Source: Aliivibrio fischeri ES114
GTDB taxonomy: Bacteria > Pseudomonadota > Gammaproteobacteria > Enterobacterales > Vibrionaceae
NCBI RefSeq assembly: GCF_000011805.1
Contig: NC_006840.2
Length of the DNA stretch: 32,000 bases
Direction: 5' to 3' (one strand)
Part shown: positions 8,792 through 17,314 of the stretch, in pieces
Position numbering within the stretch: the stretch's first letter is position 1
Layout: each line of letters starts with the position of its first letter
Position numbers and translations under genes: made by a program
Notes under the pieces: model-generated
What the model saw: the letters and a program-made list of their open reading frames with translations, nothing else
Told to the model about the DNA's origin: nothing
Databases searched by the model: none

Positions 8792-9173
8792 TAAATCCTC
8801 TCCCCTTAATAATTTCTTTTATATCTGCATCTAAATTATATTTATATGCGTTATATTTTTTATGAGCCGTTACACCGATGATCGTTTGACTAATGTAATC
8901 AGCTGGCTCACCATAAAATAAAGCGTGACAATCTCCATTTAATCCAGCCCACATTACGTTTTTATAACGTACATACACCGTCTTATGCTCACCTAATACA
9001 AAGCAACGATTAATACATTCACATTTAAATCGACAAGATAATAAATCCTCAATATCACGAATATTTAAAGCATCATCTACAACAATAATTGCATCAACAT
9101 CACGATCTTTAATACGCTTAACTATTAATGCCAAAAATGACAACAAAACTGGATGGTGACTTTTATTCATCAT
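8760..9173 (-). CDS. Phage protein of unknown function
   Basis: Overlaps the start of the Ogr-like gene by 32 nt. No recognised motif. Confidence 0.6.
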   Translation of the reverse strand: MMNKSHHPVLLSFLALIVKRIKDRDVDAIIVVDDALNIRDIEDLLSCRFKCECINRCFVLGEHKTVYVRYKNVMWAGLNGDCHALFYGEPADYISQTIIGVTAHKKYNAYKYNLDADIKEIIKGRGFNANNMPNVFD

Positions 9174-9174
9174 A

Positions 9175-10089
9175 TTAGGCCACCTTCACTCTGAACCCGC
9201 CGTTGTTCCATGGCTCTAATACATCTTGCTCATGCAATGCATTTAGAATAATTTTGATTTGCTCTTGTGGCAGGTTAAACGCCGCTTTTAATGCGCGTTG
9301 GCTTGGTTTCACTGTGCCTGACAAAATCGCCTCTTTCACATCATCCATAACACTTGCTGCAAACTGCATTTCAGGCGTTTTATACACTTCAACACTTGGC
9401 ATTACACTTTGAATCACTTGCTTTTCACTTGGTGGCTCAACCCTTGTATTTACTGGGTTTGATACACTTTTTACACTTACTTCAAGTGTATTTAATGAGT
9501 GTAAAGTGAGTGCCATTACTACCGAAACCACTTCTATTGTCACCGCAATAATTAATGTGATTGTCGCATCGTATTCACGCAACATTGAGGTGCTTTTTAC
9601 ACTTGATTGCGCTTCATAAAGTGCGTTTAAGTCATCCGTTACACTTGAGATCATTACTGCAGTTGCTGCCGCGGGTGTCGCGTAATTTATGCGAAGCTGC
9701 TCATCAGATAGTTGCTGCAAATTTGCAAGCTGTTGCTGTTTTAGTTTTATTTGTTCTGTAATGGCTATGTTCTGTTTTGTTGATACTGCCATGTTATCTG
9801 CACCCTTTTCTATCGCAGATATTGAAGCAATGGTGCTGATAACCATCAGAACGCCAGTAAGGGAAACCAGTAAAACAGCAATTAATGGGTTTTGTTTTGC
9901 AACCGTTGGGATAAATGTTGGCGTGATGGTTTTCACTAAATCAAGCGTGATGCCTATCAATGAAAAAATAACCGCAACACCGATGGCTGCGCCCAGCTCG
10001 TTCATGTAAAGGTACGTTAAATAAGCGGATGTAATGGCACATGAGATCAAAACGGATGTGCAAAATAATTTTGATAGTGAATGGTTCAT
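9175..10089 (-). CDS. Polytopic membrane protein with C-terminal winged-helix-like domain
   Basis: Four hydrophobic segments, a central coiled region, and C-terminal SGTVKPSQRALKAAFNLPQEQIKIILNALHEQDVLEPWNNGGFRVKVA. Confidence 0.6.
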   Translation of the reverse strand: MNHSLSKLFCTSVLISCAITSAYLTYLYMNELGAAIGVAVIFSLIGITLDLVKTITPTFIPTVAKQNPLIAVLLVSLTGVLMVISTIASISAIEKGADNMAVSTKQNIAITEQIKLKQQQLANLQQLSDEQLRINYATPAAATAVMISSVTDDLNALYEAQSSVKSTSMLREYDATITLIIAVTIEVVSVVMALTLHSLNTLEVSVKSVSNPVNTRVEPPSEKQVIQSVMPSVEVYKTPEMQFAASVMDDVKEAILSGTVKPSQRALKAAFNLPQEQIKIILNALHEQDVLEPWNNGGFRVKVA

Positions 10090-10174
10090 TTGAAATCCTA
10101 TTTTATTTTCGTTATGCGTTAAGCTAAAAATTTACTTAACGCATAACAGTGGCAACTTAACGCATAAGGTTTAA

Positions 10175-10729
10175 TTAAGACGCTGATGTAGTAATCAGTT
10201 TTTGATAAATAGCTGAAACATATTTAGCCTGGTGAATAGCATCAGCTAATGCGTCATGCTTAACACCTTCAAACGGCATATCTTTTTTAGGGTCAAAACC
10301 AACTTCACGACCAAGACGAACCATTGTCCTTACATCCATATCATTATAAAACGCCCAAGGCGCATCCATATTTAAGCATTGCTTATATGCATTTTTTAGG
10401 ATTACGTTATCGAACGTAGCGCCATTACCCCAAACTTTAACGTGCGGTTCTACAAATGAAGCGAATTCTGCAAGCACATGATGAATCCCAAACGCATCAT
10501 CATTATCATAAAACTTACTACGAGCTTCTTCTGATTGTTTCATCCACCAAAGGACAGTAGATGCATCAATAACAAGGCCTGACTCAACCGCACTTTCAAG
10601 GTTAATTTGCTTATGGAATGTATTACCAATCTCCCCTGTTTTAATATCAAAATAACAAGCACCAATTGACATAATTGCGGCTTCTGAACCATTACCCATT
10701 GTTTCAAGGTCTAACATTAAATCTTTCAT
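10175..10729 (-). CDS. 3'-5' exonuclease, DEDD type (DUF5051 / Exo VIII-like)
   Basis: Likely start MKDLMLDLETMGNGSEAAIMSIGACYFD (DLET motif), then VWGNGATFDNVIL and KHDALADAIHQAKYV. Confidence 0.85.
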   Translation of the reverse strand: MKDLMLDLETMGNGSEAAIMSIGACYFDIKTGEIGNTFHKQINLESAVESGLVIDASTVLWWMKQSEEARSKFYDNDDAFGIHHVLAEFASFVEPHVKVWGNGATFDNVILKNAYKQCLNMDAPWAFYNDMDVRTMVRLGREVGFDPKKDMPFEGVKHDALADAIHQAKYVSAIYQKLITTSAS

Positions 10730-10739
10730 TATTCTTTCC

Positions 10740-10946
10740 TTATAAAAATCGTTTTGCTTCTTCAACAAAAGCATCTAAAAACTCGGTATTGAAATTGGTT
10801 GTGTAATTCACATCTTTTGACACTCCCCAGCCTTCGTTATTTTTTGGAACAAAGCGAACGCGGCGAACGTACATGTCTTCTTTGAATGAATATCTTTTTT
10901 TGTCGATTTCTATCGTTCCGTCAGAACGGTAAATGGTTTCCATCAT
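10740..10946 (-). CDS. Small phage protein, unknown
   Basis: 68 aa ORF between the replication and exonuclease genes, same strand. Confidence 0.5.
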   Translation of the reverse strand: MMETIYRSDGTIEIDKKRYSFKEDMYVRRVRFVPKNNEGWGVSKDVNYTTNFNTEFLDAFVEEAKRFL

Positions 10947-10955
10947 CTTAATTTC

Positions 10956-13118
10956 CTAATGCAACATCGGGGTTAACTTCCCCTCTAAATAATCAGCAGT
11001 AAAACTCTTCCAGTAATTCACTTCATTTTCATCAGGTTCTATTGGGACTGAATCACACAACACCGCTTGCCAATAAGCCCTTTTATCTTTAAAGCGAACA
11101 TAGTCACTTTGATATAGTTCATCGGCCTCCACTTTTAACTCGGATAAATCCATATCACGGCAATCCATACTCCAACCGCGAGCACCTGCCGCCCACATTA
11201 AAAAATCATCTACTTTTTGCTTGGCATCTTGGCCATCAAATGAAATTGAAAAATTATTCTCCGTTGATACATGCACCTGGCGAGACTTCATTTCCTGTTT
11301 CACTTTTTGAGCTTGCTTCTCTAACCGGATAATGCTGCTCTGCATCTTCTTTAATTTATCTTCAGTGGTACCTGGTTGTTTTGCTGCAATGGCTTTCGCT
11401 TTAATCGTTTGGCTTTTTTGGTAAGACAAGCGATTCAAAGAACGTTCAAGTGGTTTCTTCCATTGTTCTAGTTTGTAGCCCAACTCTTTAATGATTGCCG
11501 TAATGTTATTTGCTTCAAAAGAGGCAATACATTCCCAAGACGGAGCGCGTGAACACTTTGCTATGCTGTAGCGATTACCCTTCACTAAACCTTGGGAAGC
11601 ATCATCACCTTTTGCGGCGTAACCCACGGCTTTAATAATGTAAGTACCAGCGGCTTTTGGCTCACGAATGCGTTCTAACTTTGCAAATCCATGACCCCAT
11701 ATTTTTTCACAACGCATTGCCCAAGCACTGAACAAGTGCGGCTCTACTGTCCACTTCAATAACACATGAACATGAGGGTTTGGCTCACCATCTTCATTCG
11801 CCGGACACTCGGCAACCCAAATATAATGAAAATCGTCTTTAGTGAACGATGGGCCAAACTCAGTAGCCACCGCTTTACAATGAGGTTTTACACTTGCACG
11901 CTTTAAATCACAGTATTGAGCGTTACTTTCTTCATCAACTTGAATCGTATGATCTGCAATCCAACCGCGTTGATACATTTTTTTCAAACCATCCAACAAT
12001 CGAGAGACTTCTTTTCCAATGGTTGTTTCAATGGTTTTCTCAACCGTGAATGCGTTTTTTGGTTTTTCAGACAACAAACAGTAATCACCCATAATTTCAC
12101 GATTCATGTTCATTTCTACTGCGTGGTCTTGGATCTCAATACTGGTGTATGGCCCTGCAATATCACACACAGGTGCGCTGATTTTTCTTTCGTTCTTACC
12201 CGCTTTTCTTGTGATCATATTTCTGCGAAATCGCATCGGGTGATGAGCGCCAACTCTTTCATCAGAAAGCGTGGTGTATTCATCGGTCATGCCACCAAAA
12301 ATTCGTAAACGTTGCGCTTTGTTAAACGTTAACGTTAAGAACGTAGTAAAACCTTCATGGCATGTTGATACATACGCCGCACTAGAAAAAATCTTTGATA
12401 CTGATCTCGCGGTTAATTTCTCAGTAAAGCGTTCACCCACGTTTGCATCTGGCGCACTGCTTGCTGGCGTTTGAGTAATTAACTGCCCACGATATTGACC
12501 GCTCCACTCACGGTGCTGAATTTGAAAAGAAACTGGCGCAAGTTGCGATTCATTCGGATTTTTTTGGCCTTTTTCATTCAAGATAGACGCAGTGCTTCGC
12601 TCCGTAGAGCCGTATAACACGTCATGACTAAAATGCGACTCTGCGGATGCGAGTTCAACCGGATAGCTCGGTCCACGCTTCAGAACGCGCAGAGCGCTGC
12701 GAATTCGCCACTTTCTTGAACTCATCTCCTCTGTCGGACTTTTGCGCCCATTGACTAGGCTATACTCTTCGGCGATTCTCGCCGCCGCTTCGCGGACGTG
12801 TTCTGGTGTTTGATTCAACTTTTCAAAGTGCGCAGTTGAACGTTCAACCTCTATAATGTGTTGAGGTTTTCGGCCTGACACATGATCGTATGACGATGAC
12901 TTTTTATCAGAACCCAAAATACGATCGTAAACAGGTAATTTTTTAACCACACCAGAAGCTAATAGCTCTCTTTCTTGCTCAGAATATGGCTGTTCCTGAA
13001 TTTTTGAACCTAAAAAACCCGCTCGAAAGCAGGCATCATTTTTCTTTGTCTCATCATGAGGGCGTATTGCCCCCATGACATATAAAAGCTCTTTACTAGA
13101 TAAATTACCAGTATTCAC
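10956..13118 (-). CDS. Rolling-circle replication initiation endonuclease (HUH family)
   Basis: Three ordered RCR motifs: FLTLTFN (I), PHVHVLLKW (II, HUH) and YIIKAVGYAAKG (III, catalytic Tyr region). Confidence 0.85.
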   Translation of the reverse strand: MNTGNLSSKELLYVMGAIRPHDETKKNDACFRAGFLGSKIQEQPYSEQERELLASGVVKKLPVYDRILGSDKKSSSYDHVSGRKPQHIIEVERSTAHFEKLNQTPEHVREAAARIAEEYSLVNGRKSPTEEMSSRKWRIRSALRVLKRGPSYPVELASAESHFSHDVLYGSTERSTASILNEKGQKNPNESQLAPVSFQIQHREWSGQYRGQLITQTPASSAPDANVGERFTEKLTARSVSKIFSSAAYVSTCHEGFTTFLTLTFNKAQRLRIFGGMTDEYTTLSDERVGAHHPMRFRRNMITRKAGKNERKISAPVCDIAGPYTSIEIQDHAVEMNMNREIMGDYCLLSEKPKNAFTVEKTIETTIGKEVSRLLDGLKKMYQRGWIADHTIQVDEESNAQYCDLKRASVKPHCKAVATEFGPSFTKDDFHYIWVAECPANEDGEPNPHVHVLLKWTVEPHLFSAWAMRCEKIWGHGFAKLERIREPKAAGTYIIKAVGYAAKGDDASQGLVKGNRYSIAKCSRAPSWECIASFEANNITAIIKELGYKLEQWKKPLERSLNRLSYQKSQTIKAKAIAAKQPGTTEDKLKKMQSSIIRLEKQAQKVKQEMKSRQVHVSTENNFSISFDGQDAKQKVDDFLMWAAGARGWSMDCRDMDLSELKVEADELYQSDYVRFKDKRAYWQAVLCDSVPIEPDENEVNYWKSFTADYLEGKLTPMLH

Positions 13119-13440
13119 CTTTCAGCTTCTCTCTCTCATCTAAATCCCACTCTCCATCATCTGCCTCAATAGCCCTACTAATAAAAATATAACTACGAGA
13201 CACTTCAATAAATCTAAAGGTTTTATTTTCAATATAATCAAGTACAAAAAAACGATGTAAATATTCATCATGAAACCCCATCGCAATAGCTGCATCAGGG
13301 TATTGGCTTTTCAACTCATCATGAACATCATCTTGAACAGGCTCTAATTCATACTCTTCGACTTCGAGCTTGAGTTCTAAGTTTGCCTCGCTCGCAAGCT
13401 TCAGCAGTTTCTCTTGCAACATTTCTAAATTTAGGTGCAT
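13105..13440 (-). CDS. Early phage protein, unknown
   Basis: ORF overlapping the start of the rep gene by 14 nt. Acidic protein. Confidence 0.55.
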   Translation of the reverse strand: MHLNLEMLQEKLLKLASEANLELKLEVEEYELEPVQDDVHDELKSQYPDAAIAMGFHDEYLHRFFVLDYIENKTFRFIEVSRSYIFISRAIEADDGEWDLDEREKLKGEYW

Positions 13441-13546
13441 ATTTTTCTAACTCTTCTTGGGTTAATAATGACTTACCCATATTAGCACCTTTAACTAACC
13501 TTTCATTTGCTATTATTTTTACTGCATTATTCATTTCACACCTCAT
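13349..13546 (-). CDS. Small early phage protein, unknown
   Basis: Short ORF within a tightly overlapping minus-strand array. Confidence 0.4.
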   Translation of the reverse strand: MRCEMNNAVKIIANERLVKGANMGKSLLTQEELEKYAPKFRNVARETAEACERGKLRTQARSRRV

Positions 13547-13755
13547 TGCTGCATTAACGATCTTCTGGCTTGTACTTGGTATATACGCGAGTAACGAAAA
13601 TCAGAACAATGCGTTTTCACTGCTTGTCTTTTATTTTTCGCTACTTTCTTTTGCTCTTTAATTTCTGCTTTTAACTTGGCAACCCAAGACAAACCGCGCT
13701 CTTTTGTGCTATCACCCATGGTGGCACCAATAACAAAATCATGATTCTCAGTCAT
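13543..13755 (-). CDS. Small early phage protein, unknown
   Basis: 4-nt overlaps with both neighbours indicate a coupled operon. Confidence 0.45.
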   Translation of the reverse strand: MTENHDFVIGATMGDSTKERGLSWVAKLKAEIKEQKKVAKNKRQAVKTHCSDFRYSRIYQVQARRSLMQQ

Positions 13756-13982
13756 AACTCTGCAAACTCCTGCGTATCACAAATCATAAAACCGCCCGTG
13801 TGGTTACCACGAACAATCACGCCTTTGGTGATGTGCTCGCACTTCAATTGAGCGCAAGCGTTATCAATAGCAAGCTCTTTAGATTCAAACTCGCCTAATT
13901 CTTTAATTTGAATTTCGTCAGTTTTGGCATCACGAACCACACCGCCGCCACTGTTTAAAACAACTGCAAGGAAACGAAGCAT
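13752..13982 (-). CDS. Small early phage protein, unknown
   Basis: 4-nt overlap with the downstream ORF, same strand. Confidence 0.5.
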   Translation of the reverse strand: MLRFLAVVLNSGGGVVRDAKTDEIQIKELGEFESKELAIDNACAQLKCEHITKGVIVRGNHTGGFMICDTQEFAEL

Positions 13983-13985
13983 GGT

Positions 13986-14213
13986 TTACCTCTTACATTT
14001 TGCTAGCGCATTGTTATATCGGTCAGAATCAACCCAAACTATCAAAGCTGTTTTCTTGTTGTCCGCTAGCTCTGTAGCTCCTAGCCCATCGGTTTTAAAC
14101 TTGATAGTGGTTAGCCCTTTGTTGAATTGGGCTGAATCCATACATTGGTGTAATGCTTGAACAGTTACGTTTTCATCGCCAATTTCATTAAGTAGTTGAG
14201 TTAGTGATGCCAT
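13986..14213 (-). CDS. Small early phage protein, unknown
   Basis: Same-strand ORF in the packed array. Confidence 0.5.
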   Translation of the reverse strand: MASLTQLLNEIGDENVTVQALHQCMDSAQFNKGLTTIKFKTDGLGATELADNKKTALIVWVDSDRYNNALAKCKR

Positions 14214-14215
14214 TC

Positions 14216-14344
14216 CTATTCCCCTTTCTTTTCAAGTACTGCATACACTTCTAACCAACCATCTAACTGGCTTTCGGTTGGTGCAACGCCGTGGTTCTGC
14301 ATAAAAGCAATGGTCATTTTGGCCAAAAACTTATCTTTGCTCAT
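14216..14344 (-). CDS. Very small early ORF (42 aa), missing from the ORF track
   Basis: ATG at 14344-14342 overlaps the upstream stop (TAATG). It encodes MSKDKFLAKMTIAFMQNHGVAPTESQLDGWLEVYAVLEKKGE* and fills the only gap in the array. Confidence 0.55.
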   Translation of the reverse strand: MSKDKFLAKMTIAFMQNHGVAPTESQLDGWLEVYAVLEKKGE

Positions 14345-14745
14345 TAGATTGACTCCATCATTGGAGAACCATGCTCAGGCTCATAATCACGCCACCATTG
14401 CTGCATCATTGATTGCTGAGCAACCGAACGGCACGAAGAAGAAATAAAGAAAAGCGCACGAATAGCACCAAGAGATTGCTGCTCTAAATCTGGATTTTCA
14501 GTGGTATTAAAAACTACAACCCAAAAAGACCACCAAGCAGTGATAAAATCAGAAAGACATAAGCCTTGCTCTGTACCGTTCACATTCACAAGCATGGCGC
14601 GTTGTGAATCCAGCGAGCAAACCACACCTTGTGATGCGGTTTCTTTATTAAATGCTTTTAAGAACATGTTGATTTTGCGAGAGGTAAAACCTACACCGCG
14701 CAAAGCAAATTCAAGATCAGATTGATACACAGAAATAACACTCAT
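14344..14745 (-). CDS. Early phage protein, unknown
   Basis: 134-codon ORF with overlapping start/stop junctions to both neighbours. Confidence 0.55.
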   Translation of the reverse strand: MSVISVYQSDLEFALRGVGFTSRKINMFLKAFNKETASQGVVCSLDSQRAMLVNVNGTEQGLCLSDFITAWWSFWVVVFNTTENPDLEQQSLGAIRALFFISSSCRSVAQQSMMQQWWRDYEPEHGSPMMESI

Positions 14746-15212
14746 GCCGTTACCTCTGCGTTGTCTTTTGCTTTAATAATAAATTCAGCCAATTGGCTTT
14801 CTAGCGAAAGAGCCTCTTCAAGTACTGATGATTTATCAAAAGTTAAATGGCCTTCTAATTGCGCATCTTCTCTATCTTTATCATTTGGATGCCAAACATA
14901 TATATCGAACGATTTAATTGCTGAACCTGCACAACAATGAGCAAGAAATGGTTTAGGCATATCTAACGTCATAGCAACAATTGAATTAATCACAGCTAAT
15001 ACATCGCGCTGTTGGATAGCTTTAAGATTATCTTTCGCAGTAAGCTCAACATCGCCAGAAATAGGCTTTGTGCTATCAATAAAACGAGAGAATAACGCTA
15101 CCGTTTTTCGTTCTGTTGCTTCCATTTTTTCATGCAGTTCATTCGCTTTATTAAGATTTTTTAGTGACGCTTGGTAAAACTGCTCTGCTGTTTTTAATTC
15201 GTTATGACTCAT
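14742..15212 (-). CDS. Early phage protein, unknown (helical N-terminus)
   Basis: Same-strand ORF, coupled to downstream by a 4-nt overlap. Confidence 0.55.
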   Translation of the reverse strand: MSHNELKTAEQFYQASLKNLNKANELHEKMEATERKTVALFSRFIDSTKPISGDVELTAKDNLKAIQQRDVLAVINSIVAMTLDMPKPFLAHCCAGSAIKSFDIYVWHPNDKDREDAQLEGHLTFDKSSVLEEALSLESQLAEFIIKAKDNAEVTA

Positions 15213-15222
15213 AACTAAACCC

Positions 15223-15762
15223 TTACGCTAAACCTGGCACTGTCACGCCAGATGAAAGAAGATCCATACCCATTGAAAGGAACGAACTCGCATTTGGTGT
15301 GCGGCCTTCCATGTCGTTAATCAGTAAAACCAAGTTACCGATAGCGGTATGCGCTTTTTTAACAATGGTGTTCTTGCTGCGGCCAGTCATACGTTTTTGG
15401 CCTGCGTGCTTTAATGCTTCTTGCGCCAGCTCTCCGGCGTAAATTGAATTATCCAATGTTCGTTTAACAAAGGTTTCTGACTCGCCGTTTTTATCTACTG
15501 CAACCGCGACCATATCCAACGAATAAAGCAAGCTATTCACAATGGTGTAATCACCCGATGCTTTTGTGATTAGCTTTACATCCATGACTGACAGCTTATG
15601 CGGCTGTTCAGGGTTTAATTTATCCGCTAATTTTTTAACGCCTGTTTCACGCTCTATTGGTGCGCATTTGTTTGCTGCAGAGAACGCAACACAAGCATCA
15701 TCGTAATTTGATTGGGCAGCGCCGCAAAAAGCGCCCATTTTACTTTCAAGTTCCATTTGCAA
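15223..15762 (-). CDS. CII-like phage regulatory protein (CP76 family)
   Basis: NYDDACVAFSAANKCAPIERETGVKKLADKLNPEQPHKLSVMDVKLITKASGDYTIVNSLL resembles the DDAC...LRNKLNPEQPH.L motif of the family. Confidence 0.8.
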   Translation of the reverse strand: MQMELESKMGAFCGAAQSNYDDACVAFSAANKCAPIERETGVKKLADKLNPEQPHKLSVMDVKLITKASGDYTIVNSLLYSLDMVAVAVDKNGESETFVKRTLDNSIYAGELAQEALKHAGQKRMTGRSKNTIVKKAHTAIGNLVLLINDMEGRTPNASSFLSMGMDLLSSGVTVPGLA

Positions 15763-15783
15763 TAATTCCCCTAGTTGAAGAAC

Positions 15784-15993
15784 TTAGTTCCAAGGCTTTG
15801 CAGCGTTGGCTTCTTCGCAGCGTTTCATGAGCTGCACCATGTTGATGTAACGAGTACCGCGTGGCTCGTTTTGAATAAAAGGTAAATGCCCTTTATCACA
15901 TTGCTTTTTTACTGACTCAACGGTGGTACCGGAGCGTCTTGCGTATTCAGGAATGCTCAACATCGGAACATCAATCGCTAATGTCATGCTCAT
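15784..15993 (-). CDS. Cox-like / excisionase-type DNA-binding protein
   Basis: VPMLSIPEYARRSGTTVESVKKQCDKGHLPFIQNEPRGTRYINMVQLMKR: MerR/Xis-type wHTH, positioned as Cox between cro and cII. Confidence 0.7.
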   Translation of the reverse strand: MSMTLAIDVPMLSIPEYARRSGTTVESVKKQCDKGHLPFIQNEPRGTRYINMVQLMKRCEEANAAKPWN

Positions 15994-16002
15994 GATTCAC
16001 CT

Positions 16003-16194
16003 CTAGGCGTGATCTTGGTTTGGTGTGAAATCGGCTTTTAATGCACCGTTGGTAATGCGCTCAATTTCAAAAGCGCGAAGTTGTGGGACATTTTCACCCC
16101 ACTGGGAAACAGCAGAATGATCAATCTTTAATGCAGAGGCGACTTTAACAACTCCCCCAAAATGTTTAATCACAGCTTCTTTTTTCATATTCAC
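16003..16194 (-). CDS. Cro-like repressor
   Basis: MKKEAVIKHFGGVVKVASALKIDHSAVSQWGENVPQLRAFEIERITNG: Cro/YdaS-type HTH, divergent from the CI-like gene. Confidence 0.8.
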   Translation of the reverse strand: MNMKKEAVIKHFGGVVKVASALKIDHSAVSQWGENVPQLRAFEIERITNGALKADFTPNQDHA

Positions 16195-16203
16195 CTCAAT
16201 ATT

Positions 16204-16303
16204 CAGGTAAGTACCTGGTGATTTAACTCACCAAATACGGTTAGTTAAATCACTTTAACTGGTGAGTTAACTCACGTCAATAAAAAAATCACCTTAACTG
16301 GTC
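16204..16303. promoter_or_regulatory. Divergent cI/cro operator region with TTAA-centred repeated operators
   Basis: GGTGATTTAACTCACC (16217-16232), GGTTAGTTAAATCACT (16239-16254), GGTGAGTTAACTCACG (16261-16276) with centres exactly 22 bp apart, plus a direct repeat TCAC(T/C)TTAACTGGT at 16250-16263 and 16289-16302. Confidence 0.85.
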
Positions 16304-16339
16304 GGCAAACTCACCCGATAAAGATGTAAGATAACTAAC

Positions 16340-16987
16340 ATGGATACATTCGGTTCAAGACTTTTCCACTTAAGAAAAGCAAGAAAACTCACCCAATCAA
16401 GCATTGCCAAGGCATCTGGCGTATCACGTTCATCCGTAACACTATGGGAACAAGATACAAATAAACCGAAAGGCGAAAGTTTGATGGCATTGGCTAGTTT
16501 TCTTAAATGTGATGTGAATTGGCTTTTAACAGGCCAAGGATCTCCCGAACCTGCAAAACAAGAACAAGAAACAACGGTGGTTTCTGTGGCATTAAAACCA
16601 CAAGGCTCTTATCCGGTTATTTCTTGGGTTCAGGCGGGTGGATGGAACGACATTCATTTAACCGATTTGCACGATGCGGATTATTATCCGTGCCCGGTGC
16701 GCTGCAGTAAAAATACGTTTCTGTTAAAAGTGGTTGGTAAAAGCATGAACCCTGTTTTTAGAGAAGGGGAATTGATTTTTGTTGATCCTGATGTAGAAGC
16801 TGTTAATGGCAAGTATGTGGTTGCGCGTTTAGATGACGAGAACCAAGCCACATTCAAGCAGCTTATCATTGAAGATGGTAAGAAGTTTTTACAAGCCGCC
16901 AACCCTGACTGGCCAACCCCGATCATTCCTATTAATGGAAATTGCACAATTGTGGGTGTGGTTATCTCTTCAATGAAATTGTTTTAG
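16340..16987 (+). CDS. CI-like prophage repressor (HTH_XRE + S24 LexA-like peptidase)
   Basis: N-terminal LFHLRKARKLTQSSIAKASGVSRSSVTLWEQ, cleavage-site-like SWVQAGGW, catalytic region KSMNPVFREGELIFVDP...YVVARLDD. Confidence 0.92.
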   Translation: MDTFGSRLFHLRKARKLTQSSIAKASGVSRSSVTLWEQDTNKPKGESLMALASFLKCDVNWLLTGQGSPEPAKQEQETTVVSVALKPQGSYPVISWVQAGGWNDIHLTDLHDADYYPCPVRCSKNTFLLKVVGKSMNPVFREGELIFVDPDVEAVNGKYVVARLDDENQATFKQLIIEDGKKFLQAANPDWPTPIIPINGNCTIVGVVISSMKLF

Positions 16988-17021
16988 TGTATTGAAATCA
17001 AAAACGTTATGAGGTTCACCA

Positions 17022-17303
17022 ATGGAACATGTAACTCAATTAACAAAAAAACACCTCGAAGATTTTTTTGACGATAAACTTCAAGATTATCAATGTCCTT
17101 GCTGTAAATCCAAAGAAAAACCAGCAATTCCAACAGCGAACGATGAAGAAATATCTTTTAGTTTATTGGATTTAGTTGATATAGCTAAAAATAATTCAGA
17201 AAGCAAAAAAGTCTTATCTACACCTGCTTTACCTTTAATTTGCCAGAACTGCGGTAATATTTATAACATTGCGACCTATGTTATTTTACGACATTTTTCA
17301 TAA
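17022..17303 (+). CDS. Small protein with two CxxC pairs (zinc-ribbon-like), unknown
   Basis: YQCPCCKSKEKP...ALPLICQNCGNIYNI, immediately downstream of cI. Confidence 0.6.
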   Translation: MEHVTQLTKKHLEDFFDDKLQDYQCPCCKSKEKPAIPTANDEEISFSLLDLVDIAKNNSESKKVLSTPALPLICQNCGNIYNIATYVILRHFS

Positions 17304-17314
17304 AAGGCACCGCC

